Below are positions 30,487 to 39,681 of a stretch of DNA of 64,000 bases, piece by piece. Location of the stretch: positions 229,975 to 293,974 of the forward strand of contig JAIXWV010000020.1 of assembly GCA_027491115.1 (NCBI GenBank). Direction: 5' to 3'. The stretch is from Pseudomonadota bacterium. Lineage in GTDB: Bacteria; Bdellovibrionota; UBA1018; CAIMNF01. Numbering within the stretch: position 1 is the stretch's first letter; each line of letters begins with the position of its first letter. The notes under the pieces were generated by a model. It made no database searches, had not been told where the DNA came from, and saw only the letters and a list, made by a program, of their open reading frames with translations. The translations under genes and the position numbers were made by a program.

Positions 30487-31416
30487 TCAGCCGTGCTGAT
30501 TCTCGAGCCAGCGCTCGGCATCGATGGCCGCCATGCAACCGGTGCCTGCGGCAGTGATCGCCTGACGGTACACGTGATCGGCCACGTCACCCGCGGCGAA
30601 TACACCCTCGATTTCGGTCTTGGTCGTTCCGGGTACGACAATCAGGTAGCCGGCGTCATCGGTCTTCAGCTGGTTCTGGAAGAGCTTGGTGTTCGGCTGG
30701 TGACCGATGGCTACGAAGAGGCCAGTCACCACCAAGTCAGAAAGCTCACCTGTTTTCAGGTTCTTCAACTTGAGCCCGGTGACTTCGTTCTCGCCGACGA
30801 TATCCTCGACCGCAGTGTCATAGATCACTTTGATCTTTGGGTTCTTGAGCGTGCGGTCCTGCATCACCTTGGAGGCGCGGAAGGTGTCGCGACGGTGAAT
30901 GAGGGTCACACTTTTTGCAAAGCGGGTCAGGAAGTTCGCTTCTTCCATGGCGGTGTCGCCCCCGCCCACGATGGCGATTTCCTGATTGCGGAAGAAGAAC
31001 CCGTCGCAGGTGGCGCAGGCAGAAACGCCGCGACCCATGAGGCGTGATTCGTTCTTGAGACCGAGCAGCTTGGCCGAGGCTCCGGTCGAGATAATGAGAG
31101 TCTTGGTTTTGACTTCACTGCCGTCGGCGAGAGTGAGGGTGAAGGGACGCTTCGAGAGGTCGACCTTCTGCACATCCCCTTGCTTGAAGCGGGTGCCGAA
31201 GCGCTCGGCCTGCTGGCGGAAGCCGATCATCATCTCAGGGCCCTGAACACCATGCGGAAAGCCGGGAAAATTCTCGACCTCGGTGGTGATGGTGAGCTGA
31301 CCGCCGGGCTGGGTGCCTTCGACACACAGAGGGCTCAGGTTCGCTCGAGCCGCGTAGATGGCGGCAGTGAGCCCTGCGGGGCCCGTGCCGAGGATGGTGA
31401 CATTCTCGATGTCCAT
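30487..31416 (-). CDS. trxB: thioredoxin-disulfide reductase
   Basis: FAD motif ILGTGPAGLTAAIYAARANL, redox-active CATCDG, NADPH motif IVGGGDTAMEEA. Confidence 0.9.
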   Translation of the reverse strand: MDIENVTILGTGPAGLTAAIYAARANLSPLCVEGTQPGGQLTITTEVENFPGFPHGVQGPEMMIGFRQQAERFGTRFKQGDVQKVDLSKRPFTLTLADGSEVKTKTLIISTGASAKLLGLKNESRLMGRGVSACATCDGFFFRNQEIAIVGGGDTAMEEANFLTRFAKSVTLIHRRDTFRASKVMQDRTLKNPKIKVIYDTAVEDIVGENEVTGLKLKNLKTGELSDLVVTGLFVAIGHQPNTKLFQNQLKTDDAGYLIVVPGTTKTEIEGVFAAGDVADHVYRQAITAAGTGCMAAIDAERWLENQHG

Positions 31417-31420
31417 TTGC

Positions 31421-31590
31421 TCAATCTTCCAATTCATCCAGACTGGTGAACAGCGCGTTCTCGCTGTCATCGGGAAGCTTTTCGATCGCGGTCTTGACTT
31501 CTTTGTCAGAGACGACGTTCCGAACGAGATTCCTCTCGATCATGCGGGTATCGAACTTCTTGTCTTGAATGGCTTCGTGAAGGAGTGACA
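31421..31590 (-). CDS. small 56-aa ORF immediately upstream of trxB (not in the supplied ORF track)
   Basis: Read by hand from the minus strand: ATG...TGA giving MSLLHEAIQDKKFDTRMIERNLVRNVVSDKEVKTAIEKLPDDSENALFTSLDELED. Its stop lies 4 nt before the trxB ATG. No clear SD. Confidence 0.3.
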
Positions 31591-31625
31591 TAGGAGGTCA
31601 GATTTAGCGGAAAATCCGCAATCCG

Positions 31626-32138
31626 TCAACGGCGGTAGAGGTTTCCGTTCGCAAAGAGCGTGGAAGCCGCACTGCGACTGATCATTCGGGAGTACCCGAG
31701 ACGGGATCCGTCAGTGTGAAACTGGAATTTTCCCTCGAGGGTGTTGAATCCGGTGTTGTAGTTGGAGTAGCTGCCCACGACGGTGAGGGTACGAGTTTCG
31801 GGGTCGAACTTGGCCCGACCGAGAGAGAGATCGAAGTCCTGGAAATCAACGCGCCACTCGCCCTTGTTTTCGGTAGGGATCAGGAGCCCGTCGCGCACCG
31901 AGCTGCAAAAACCGCCCATGGGGGCGAAGCCTTCTTCAAGCCACACCATTTGGTAGCGTCCTTGGCCTGCATCAAAAAACTCAACCGTGGCGTCGGTCAC
32001 GCGGCACCATTCATTGAAGGGGTTATTGCTGACCGAACCCTGGTAACGCCCGCCGGGGAGCTGGGCATGGGCCGCCAGGCTCAGGAGCAGGGTGGAGAGG
32101 GCGAGAAGCAGGGTACGGGAAATGGAGGTGTGCATGGG
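31626..32138 (-). CDS. hypothetical secreted protein
   Basis: Signal peptide MHTSISRTLLLALSTLLLSLAAHAQ; two Cys; no recognised motif. Confidence 0.4.
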   Translation of the reverse strand, partial: PMHTSISRTLLLALSTLLLSLAAHAQLPGGRYQGSVSNNPFNEWCRVTDATVEFFDAGQGRYQMVWLEEGFAPMGGFCSSVRDGLLIPTENKGEWRVDFQDFDLSLGRAKFDPETRTLTVVGSYSNYNTGFNTLEGKFQFHTDGSRLGYSRMISRSAASTLFANGNLYRR

Positions 32139-32200
32139 GCCTGTATAACGCAAAGCGCGTGCTTTCGCAACCCAACCCGAATGCCCCCCTCAGCTTGCCA

Positions 32201-32938
32201 TTAATGCCAAGTTCGAGGGCCACCGCCCCGCTCGTCTTCCTCGCCCGACTCGTCCTTCACCAGGCGCAGGTGGTTCGGACGCTTCTTCGACCCCGATGAA
32301 CCCCCGCCCGACGGTCTCGGTTTACGACGGAAGCTCATCCCTTTTGCCTGAAGGACCAGAAACAGGTATCCCGCCCCCATCCCCGACAAGTGAGCAATGG
32401 CACCGAGACGCCCCTGGCCCGAGTACAGAGTCTGCAAGAACTCCACTCCGGCCAGCACCCAGACAAATTGCTTGGCCTTCATGGGCAGGAACATCATGAA
32501 GAGCATCTCGCGGTCCGGGAACAGGATCCCGTAAGCCAGCAAGAGTCCGTAGATTCCGCCCGAAGCCCCCACCATGGGGAGCCGGAGCGAAAGGGGATCG
32601 TACATCAGCAGCTGAAGGACCAGGTAAAAGAGCCCGGCCATCAGGGTACAGTAGAAAAAGAATACCAAGAACTTGCGACGCCCCCAGATCGACTCGATGT
32701 CGGAGCCGACAAACACGAGCACCATCATGTTCAACACCAGGTGCATGACATCGGCGTGGAGGAATCCGTAGGTCAGGATCTGCCAGATCCGGCCATTCAG
32801 GATGTCGACCGGAGTGAGTGCGAACCAGCCCCGGAGATTCCCTCCGAAGAACTGATCAACCACACTTTGCACCACGAAAACGCCTACAAAAACGTAAAGG
32901 AGACGCTTCAGGGTCTCACTGATTCGGATGGGCATCAC
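32201..32938 (-). CDS. rhomboid-family intramembrane serine protease
   Basis: 6-7 TM helices, GASGGIYGLL catalytic Ser motif and a downstream His in a TM helix. Confidence 0.75.
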   Translation of the reverse strand: MMPIRISETLKRLLYVFVGVFVVQSVVDQFFGGNLRGWFALTPVDILNGRIWQILTYGFLHADVMHLVLNMMVLVFVGSDIESIWGRRKFLVFFFYCTLMAGLFYLVLQLLMYDPLSLRLPMVGASGGIYGLLLAYGILFPDREMLFMMFLPMKAKQFVWVLAGVEFLQTLYSGQGRLGAIAHLSGMGAGYLFLVLQAKGMSFRRKPRPSGGGSSGSKKRPNHLRLVKDESGEEDERGGGPRTWH

Positions 32939-33353
32939 GAGCCTCCATGAGTTCGATCAGGACTCCACCAGCTGTGGCGGGGTGGATGAAGTTGATGCGC
33001 ATGCCTTGCGCGCCCGCCTTCGGTGTTTCGTAAGTAAATTTGAAGCCTTCGGCAGTGAGGGTCTTCATGAGCGGATCCAAGCCGCCCTCTTCAACCAAAA
33101 AAGACAAGTGATGGATGCCGGGGCCTCGCTTTTCGATGAATTTGGCCACAGATCCGGCAGGATCCCGGACCTCGAGGAGCTCCAGATGCGGAGGCGTTCC
33201 CTCCAGGTTGAAAAAGTGGACATCCACGCCCTGTTCGGCGACCTGCTCACTGACGCCTCGAGTGATCCCGAGGAGACGGAAGAGTTTCTCGAGCTGGGTG
33301 TTCCCGGCAGCCGTAGCGATGCCGATATGATTCAAGCTGACCTGGAAAGCCAT
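32916..33353 (-). CDS. VOC-family protein, methylmalonyl-CoA epimerase-like
   Basis: Two glyoxalase-like beta-alpha-beta-beta-beta modules (LNHIGIA...HHLSF...), 145 aa. Confidence 0.6.
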   Translation of the reverse strand: MAFQVSLNHIGIATAAGNTQLEKLFRLLGITRGVSEQVAEQGVDVHFFNLEGTPPHLELLEVRDPAGSVAKFIEKRGPGIHHLSFLVEEGGLDPLMKTLTAEGFKFTYETPKAGAQGMRINFIHPATAGGVLIELMEARDAHPNQ

Positions 33354-33568
33354 GATTCGAGAGTAACGAAAAAAAAAGGAGCCGTCATCACCTGTGCTGT
33401 ACCCCGGATTGACCTCCTCAGTCAGTGGTCCTTCCGAAATCAGATGATGCGGCCCCCAGTCAAGTGCCCAAGCGTTTTAGCACCCACCAAAGTGCCTCCA
33501 ACCTGGACAATGTTCTCTTCGGCGGCACTAAAGGGAACTTGAGGCTTTTTTTCTCCGAGACGAGAAAA

Positions 33569-33597
33569 ATTTAACTCGTTGCAAAATACCCCCTGAT
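33569..33597 (+). promoter_or_regulatory. near-consensus sigma70-type promoter (TTGCAA-N17-TATAGT)
   Basis: -35 TTGCAA at 33569-33574, exact 17-nt spacer, -10 TATAGT at 33592-33597. It sits in a 680-bp intergenic region upstream of the RCC1-repeat gene. Confidence 0.45.
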
Positions 33598-33882
33598 CGC
33601 CTATAGTTCGCCCCGACTATGGCAGCGACCGAGCGAGTGACCCTCATTCAGACCGAATCCGAGCGCCTCCGAACCCTTCCCCTTCAGGGAGGCGAGACTG
33701 CAGGATTGCGGATCATGGCGCGTACGACGACCGCTTCGCTTTCTGATTACCCGGAGTGGAGCCTGGATGAACTTCGAAGCTACCGCCGCGATGCCGTTGT
33801 GACCGACGGTGCTTGTTCCTGAGTGCCCCAACTTGAGAATCACTGAGTCGTCCACCCCAATCCCAAGACAAAAAAGTACATA

Positions 33883-33920
33883 ATTTCAACGATATGGGTT
33901 GAAATTCCTGGATTTCAACC
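33883..33920. promoter_or_regulatory. triple inverted-repeat operator-like element (AATTTCAAC / GTTGAAATT / ATTTCAACC)
   Basis: AATTTCAAC-gatatgg-GTTGAAATT-cctgg-ATTTCAACC: three 9-bp half-sites in alternating orientation, about 110 bp upstream of the GTG start of the RCC1 gene. Confidence 0.4.
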
Positions 33921-34031
33921 GAGACAGACGAGCCGCTGTGCGCTAGCCTGTAAAGGGGATGATTTTGCTCAAGAATTCGGTGCGGGCGACCGATCCGATT
34001 CTGACGCTCATCCGCGCCAGAAAGGGAGTTC

Positions 34032-37000
34032 GTGCTCACCAGGGTTCACCTGAGTACTATTTTCTTCCTCACTCTCCTCACCCTGACAGGGTGTGGAAGG
34101 ATGCGTTCACCCGATTGGGGACAAGCTGGCAATCGTACAGGCGACACGGGGTTAGCACCTTCCAAGATCCGGACAGTCAAAACCTCCTCAAGCCATTCTT
34201 GCGCAATCAACGATTCTGGCGCCTTGTATTGCTGGGGAAATAACAACTCTGGGCAAGTCATGCCCCCTCCTGAATGGACACCCCAAACGGTAAGGAGGCC
34301 CTCCTCTGCCAGCCTCTCCACCATCGACACCGCCCCCAGCTCCCCCACACTTTATGACCCCATACATAGGAAAACCATCACCTCTCTGTCTGCGCAGAGT
34401 AGCTCCCTCGTAAGCGTGAAACACTTTTGCATGATTGTCGGCGACAACATCCCACCGAAAGGAAACGTGGTGTGCCTGGGCAAGGCAGATCCTATGCAGC
34501 TCTTGGGCGGTGCAGGTAGCGATGGCGTGCTGCCGGCGCCCAACGGAATGAGATTCACACGCGTCAAAACCGGCAAACAGGTCACATGCGCTTTGGGCGC
34601 GGATGGCGCGTTGTACTGCGCAGGTGTTTCACCCGCCTTGCCCGGTGGCGTGAGCAGTACCTTGACCCGCTTGGAGTGGGGACTCGCTTCATCGGTAGTC
34701 ATCGATTTTGCGGTCGGGGATGGTCACATCTGCGCAATTCACCAAAACGAAAAACTCTACTGCTGGGGAGACAACTCTGAAGGCCAGGTCGGTCCACAAG
34801 GAGGATCAATTGATCAGCTCCCAGATGGAACCCTGGATCCCTTTACTCAGGTGATCGAATCACAAACGATCGATAACTTCACGCAGGTCTTCGCCTCCGA
34901 CACCCAGACCTGCGCTATTGCGAAAAACGAACAAATTTACTGCTGGGGACGTAACACAGGCCCGCCCCGTCGGGTCTCGAACCTGGGCTGGAAAGTCGTA
35001 TCGGCCTCGCTCGGCCCCTTCCACAATTGTCTGATTTACAATGAGGGAGTGACGGTAAGTGGCAGAGTCGCTTGCGCCGGAGCCAACATGAACGGACAGC
35101 TCGGGCTTGGTTATTCCTCTGTGATGTTTCCAGTGCCTGCGACAGGCGATCTCAGCCCCGTGCTCCGAACCCCCGGGGTCCAACTGGCGAATGTGGTCCA
35201 AGTTTCAGTGGGACTTCAAAATACTTGTGCTGTTGATGGCACCAACAAGGTTTGGTGTTGGGGCGAGAACTCGTCAGCCTACGAAATCGACCAACCCACC
35301 CCAGCTGTTTATCCCTTTGCATTACTCACCCGAACATCGTCGAATGCGGAACAAGTGGTCACCGGCTCCGGCTTCACCTGCGTGGTTCGGACTGATGGCT
35401 CCCTGACCTGCAATGGGATCAATGTGTTCCAGCAAATTCAAGAGCCAATGAGTGTCACCACCGAATTCCTGAGTTCGACCACCGTTCTCGGGCCGCATCT
35501 TTTCGGCTCAAGTATCCCCATGCCGCTCGGATTCCAGCTCCAGCCGATCATTCACCCCCTGTCATCGAATAAAGCCAGTACCTGTGCTTCCGTTAGCGAG
35601 GAGGGCGGACGCCTCTACTGTTGGGGATCGATGTTGGATCTCAACCTCCCCGATCAGCCGACGAGCAAAATCTACCAAAGTCCGGTTCCGATTCCTGGAC
35701 TCGAAGATGGCGTCACTTCAGTTTCGCTGGGAAAAGAACATGCTTGTGCCATCAGGGCGGGAGCACTCTACTGCTGGGGGAACAATCAGTCCGGTCAAGT
35801 GAATGGAAAGTGGGTGAGTGACCCTGGTGCAGCAGGATCCGTGATCGTATTGCCTCAGTTGATTTTCAGGTCCGGGGTTTCTGCCGTGGCAGCAGGAGGC
35901 GATCACACCTGCGCCGTGGTCGTAGACCAAGTCATGTGCTGGGGCGCCAATCAAGTGGGCCAAGTCGGAGCCGGGCGGGTTTCGAAAAATATTCCCTACC
36001 CGGTCGCGGTTCTCCAAGGTCCGATCGTGGCGCTCACTGCGGGTGCGAACCATACCTGCGCGATTCAGGGTCCCTCTCCTGGAACGATTTTTTGCTGGGG
36101 AGACGGATCAAAGGGACAGCTCGGATTAGGGACCACCGCCTTCGATCGTCCGACCTTGATTTCCTTGAACCCTGCTCTGGGAGTTTACGACCCAGTCGAA
36201 ATCGTTGCGGGCGACTATCACACCTGCATGAAAGCTCTGAATGGATCCCTCGAGCCTCACTTGCTTTGTACGGGCCGAAACGACCACGGACAAATTGGGC
36301 TTCCCATCGGAGTCCCACAACAAGAAAGCTTTGTCCGTCCGAACGGATTGGTTTTGGCGGATACGACTGCCATCGCGGCATCCGGGGAACTGACCTGCCT
36401 GGTGGCCGATACCCCGGGTATCATGCACGATTTCCAATGCATGGGGAATAACACCTCCGGGCAACGCGCCATCGGGTACCCGACGCAACCTGGGGCTCCA
36501 GGAACTGAAAGTATTCGCATGGTCGATCCCTCAGCCATCCTTCACCTCGCCCCAGGAACAAATCACCTTTGCTTTAGTGAAGGAAATGTACTTTGTGTGG
36601 GTTCGAACGCAAATGGTCAGCTCGGAAACGGCTCTCAGTTTCAGCTCGCATTCTACAGTCCGCAGCTGGTGCTGGACGGTGGAGTCACAGATGTGACCCT
36701 GGGATCCGAGCATACCTGCGCACTGAAAGAGGGGAACCTCCATTGCTGGGGCAGCAACCAGGCCCACCAACTGCCGGTAATTGACCCCGCCACTCCTTAT
36801 CTGGTCTCAGCCACCACACCCCTGGTGAGTGGAGTGAGCCATGTGGCTACAAAAGGTGACACGGTTTGCATGGTCCGAAACCGCGAAGTCCGGTGTTGGG
36901 GACAAAATGCGAACGGAACTCTCGGGCTCGATAGCAACACCACTCAATTGACATACGTCGACTCGATCGCTTCACCCCCTATTTTCAGCCAAGACATCTC

Positions 37001-37583
37001 GCAGTTGGTGGTGGGTCAAACGAATACGTGCGCGGTCCTGATGGATGGGGCCCTTTGGTGCTGGGGCCAAAATGATAAGGAGCAAATTGCTCCAACTGGA
37101 GAAGTGGGAGGCCCCGGCTGGGTGATTCAGCCATTTCATGTGAACACGAACAGCACATCCGTGGCAAAGGTCATCGCAGAAGAAACGCTGTGCTGGGTGG
37201 GCATGGATGGATCGCTCGGGTGCAGAGGAAATGTGCCATTCGCGACTGAAGTGAACAACCTGAGTGCACAAATCAGCCCGGTTGCAGATCTCATATCTGG
37301 AGCCGATGCACTGTGTGCTCTCACAAAATCAGGGGAGATCTACTGCGGAGGAAACAACTCGGATCAGATCCTTGACCCCAATGCACCCCAAACTACAAAC
37401 CTACCCTTCAGGAAAGTCCGGAATGGATTCGAAGTGACCTCGTTTTCGATATCGAATTTCCATGGCTGTGGAGTCGAGGCCGGAATACTGAAATGCTGGG
37501 GAGACAACAAGGAGGGCGCCCTGGGGATCGGGGAAGTCGACCTGGGGATTCATCTGACTCCGATCGAGGTGGTATTCCCATGA
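34032..37583 (+). CDS. giant lipoprotein composed of about 20 RCC1/ATS1-like beta-propeller repeats
   Basis: GTG start with RBS AAAGGGAG; lipobox LTLTGC; a recurring about 50-aa unit H-x-C-A-[IV]-x(4-8)-[LVI]-[YWH]-C-W-G-x-N-x-x-G-Q-[LV]-G, for example HSCAINDSGALYCWGNNNSGQ, DHTCAVVVDQVMCWGANQVGQVG, EHTCALKEGNLHCWGSNQAHQL. Confidence 0.75.
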   Translation: MLTRVHLSTIFFLTLLTLTGCGRMRSPDWGQAGNRTGDTGLAPSKIRTVKTSSSHSCAINDSGALYCWGNNNSGQVMPPPEWTPQTVRRPSSASLSTIDTAPSSPTLYDPIHRKTITSLSAQSSSLVSVKHFCMIVGDNIPPKGNVVCLGKADPMQLLGGAGSDGVLPAPNGMRFTRVKTGKQVTCALGADGALYCAGVSPALPGGVSSTLTRLEWGLASSVVIDFAVGDGHICAIHQNEKLYCWGDNSEGQVGPQGGSIDQLPDGTLDPFTQVIESQTIDNFTQVFASDTQTCAIAKNEQIYCWGRNTGPPRRVSNLGWKVVSASLGPFHNCLIYNEGVTVSGRVACAGANMNGQLGLGYSSVMFPVPATGDLSPVLRTPGVQLANVVQVSVGLQNTCAVDGTNKVWCWGENSSAYEIDQPTPAVYPFALLTRTSSNAEQVVTGSGFTCVVRTDGSLTCNGINVFQQIQEPMSVTTEFLSSTTVLGPHLFGSSIPMPLGFQLQPIIHPLSSNKASTCASVSEEGGRLYCWGSMLDLNLPDQPTSKIYQSPVPIPGLEDGVTSVSLGKEHACAIRAGALYCWGNNQSGQVNGKWVSDPGAAGSVIVLPQLIFRSGVSAVAAGGDHTCAVVVDQVMCWGANQVGQVGAGRVSKNIPYPVAVLQGPIVALTAGANHTCAIQGPSPGTIFCWGDGSKGQLGLGTTAFDRPTLISLNPALGVYDPVEIVAGDYHTCMKALNGSLEPHLLCTGRNDHGQIGLPIGVPQQESFVRPNGLVLADTTAIAASGELTCLVADTPGIMHDFQCMGNNTSGQRAIGYPTQPGAPGTESIRMVDPSAILHLAPGTNHLCFSEGNVLCVGSNANGQLGNGSQFQLAFYSPQLVLDGGVTDVTLGSEHTCALKEGNLHCWGSNQAHQLPVIDPATPYLVSATTPLVSGVSHVATKGDTVCMVRNREVRCWGQNANGTLGLDSNTTQLTYVDSIASPPIFSQDISQLVVGQTNTCAVLMDGALWCWGQNDKEQIAPTGEVGGPGWVIQPFHVNTNSTSVAKVIAEETLCWVGMDGSLGCRGNVPFATEVNNLSAQISPVADLISGADALCALTKSGEIYCGGNNSDQILDPNAPQTTNLPFRKVRNGFEVTSFSISNFHGCGVEAGILKCWGDNKEGALGIGEVDLGIHLTPIEVVFP

Positions 37584-37918
37584 AGACCTCCGGTGACATT
37601 CTTTGCCGAGCCCTGCTTTGGGGAGCAATCGCATGGGCCCTTCCTTCCTGCACCAGCCCCCCGCCTTTTGGTGCGAAGCCGGGCGAGGTGTGGAATCAAA
37701 AGCCCGCGCCTGTGGCGGAGGCTCCGTCTCCGAGCCCGACCCCCAAGAAGGAGCCGGAGTTTAAATGGCGCTGTCAGGCCCTGAACGGTGCCGGCAGGAT
37801 CTTTGTCGGTCTCCATGAAGATCGTTATATGGCCCAGCGTGCAGCATTAACCCCCTGTGAACGACAGTACCGGGGGTGTTCGATTTTGAACTGCAAGGAG
37901 ATTGAGGAGGAGAAGTAA
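37580..37918 (+). CDS. small secreted Cys-containing protein (DUF4189-like?), translationally coupled to the RCC1 gene
   Basis: ATGA start/stop overlap with the upstream gene; signal peptide, Pro-rich linker (APSPSPTPKKEP), C-terminal about 50 aa with 4 Cys (WRCQALNGAGRIFVG...TPCERQYRGCSILNC). Confidence 0.5.
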   Translation: MKTSGDILCRALLWGAIAWALPSCTSPPPFGAKPGEVWNQKPAPVAEAPSPSPTPKKEPEFKWRCQALNGAGRIFVGLHEDRYMAQRAALTPCERQYRGCSILNCKEIEEEK

Positions 37919-37949
37919 AGAAGCCTTAACTGCCATGTGACTCTCACAC

Positions 37950-39656
37950 TTATCGGAACACAAAGGTGATACCCTCGGCCTCGAATAAATAGGGCTGTAA
38001 GGCTTTCAAGCTAGCAATCTCAGATGCAAGTGCTGGGTCACCCAGCGCAATCAGGACACCCGATTCTGGAGAACCAGCAAGAAGTCCCTGCCGAATCCTT
38101 TCAAGTTCCGCATCGATCGACTGAGTCGCGCTTCTGGCCACATAACTTGGACCAATCGGAAGCCGGTTACTGAGCGCCAGCCAAGTGAGTCGCCCTTCTG
38201 GTAATGCGTCACTCCCATACAGAACTAGCCTTCGTGCGTTCCGAAGAGCTTCCTCTAATCTCGGTTCGACCACCCCAGTGACTTTCAGTCCAATTTTTCT
38301 CAGGTTCCTATGTTCATCACGGATTACAGAAACCCAAGGAAAGACACTCAATGTTTGAATGGCAAGAGCAAGTCCGATCCACACCGAACGAAGCCTAAGG
38401 GTAAAAAGAAAATAGATCGACACATAGATCAATACCCAGCCCCCGCGACCACTCGAGCGGGCCATGAGGTTTGAAAGATAAACCAACCCAGTCAGCGCCA
38501 TCGAAAGAACCCCTGCCACCAACGGGGTAAACCTTTGGATCCATCGAAAGAAAAACAGAGAAACGATAAGATAAGTCGCCAATGTAACCGGTACAGCGAA
38601 CCGCCATTCACCGACCGCTAGAGAGCTTGATAAGGAATAGAGCAACACGAAAAAGAACAGCACTAAATCAGGCGAACCTCTGCTGCATTGCAAGCGCCGA
38701 CAGATGTCCGCACGGTTCTTAGGATCCATGAGTGCTGAAAATACCAAAAAAAGTAACCCGAACCCCATGAACAGATTACCCTCAATCTGCTCTGGGTAAT
38801 TCACACTCAGGAAAGGGCTTACGGGTGAAAAAAGATTCATGGAAAACTCACCCAATGTTCCAGTGTTCACACTTGAGATTGGAATCTCAAAGTAACCGAA
38901 TCCCAAAGCTGACAACAAAAGCACCGCGATCAATGCCAATTCGCCTCGAGTGGGGAGGCGGAATTTCATCCAACGATAGCGGGACAATACAAAGACCATC
39001 CCGGAAAAGAAGAAGAAATAAAAATGAGTGCCTAGCTCGAACCACAAAAGCGCCCCCCAAACCCAGAGAGGCATCCGCTTTCCCTTCTTCATCTCAACAT
39101 GATTGAAAAGTATCGAAAGAATTAATAAAAAATGAGCAAAGAGGGTGTAGTGTCGGGTCCAACCCGTCACCCGGGAAAGATACGTTGGAAGAGTTCCGAT
39201 AAAAAGTGCCCCCATCAACGCCTTACTGCGGGACCCACACGCATGGAGTAAAAACAGATATCCCGTGACTAACTGAGCCACCCAACAAAACAATATCCAG
39301 ATCCCGTGAAACTGAGTGACTGCCTTTACTCCCAACATCTTCAGGAAGATCGAGAGTACCGGAATAGAATCGGTGTAAACCAGCGATGTCCCAAAAGGAG
39401 CGTTATACTCCGTGATTCGACCCAGGATCCAACTCCAAGAGGTGTTCAAATAAGCATTGAAGCCGAAAAAGTGCTGCCCTGAATCCCCGGACAGGAGCCA
39501 TCGATTATTATTCGGATTAAGCAGATCAAAACCGAAAGCTAAACTAAAGAGAAAGAAACCGACACCAGCCAAACCGAGCAGTTGAACGCCATGCTGTTTG
39601 ATTGCCTTCATCAACCTCGATCCACTCCAGCCCCATTCACGATATGATCTCTTCAA
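37950..39656 (-). CDS. polytopic integral membrane protein (possible GT-C-type glycosyltransferase or polymerase)
   Basis: 568 aa with more than 10 predicted TM helices and a C-terminal soluble domain; first gene of the low-GC region. Confidence 0.35.
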   Translation of the reverse strand: MKRSYREWGWSGSRLMKAIKQHGVQLLGLAGVGFFLFSLAFGFDLLNPNNNRWLLSGDSGQHFFGFNAYLNTSWSWILGRITEYNAPFGTSLVYTDSIPVLSIFLKMLGVKAVTQFHGIWILFCWVAQLVTGYLFLLHACGSRSKALMGALFIGTLPTYLSRVTGWTRHYTLFAHFLLILSILFNHVEMKKGKRMPLWVWGALLWFELGTHFYFFFFSGMVFVLSRYRWMKFRLPTRGELALIAVLLLSALGFGYFEIPISSVNTGTLGEFSMNLFSPVSPFLSVNYPEQIEGNLFMGFGLLFLVFSALMDPKNRADICRRLQCSRGSPDLVLFFFVLLYSLSSSLAVGEWRFAVPVTLATYLIVSLFFFRWIQRFTPLVAGVLSMALTGLVYLSNLMARSSGRGGWVLIYVSIYFLFTLRLRSVWIGLALAIQTLSVFPWVSVIRDEHRNLRKIGLKVTGVVEPRLEEALRNARRLVLYGSDALPEGRLTWLALSNRLPIGPSYVARSATQSIDAELERIRQGLLAGSPESGVLIALGDPALASEIASLKALQPYLFEAEGITFVFR

Positions 39657-39681
39657 TACTTCTTGCCCATAAATTTTGGAA

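Noticed and set aside
31358-31588. A 76-aa plus-strand ORF overlapping the trxB 5' end.
   Set aside because: It is antisense to the trxB start region and to the hand-read 56-aa minus-strand ORF, and it has no RBS. The AGGAGG at 31592-31598 on the plus strand has no start codon downstream of it.
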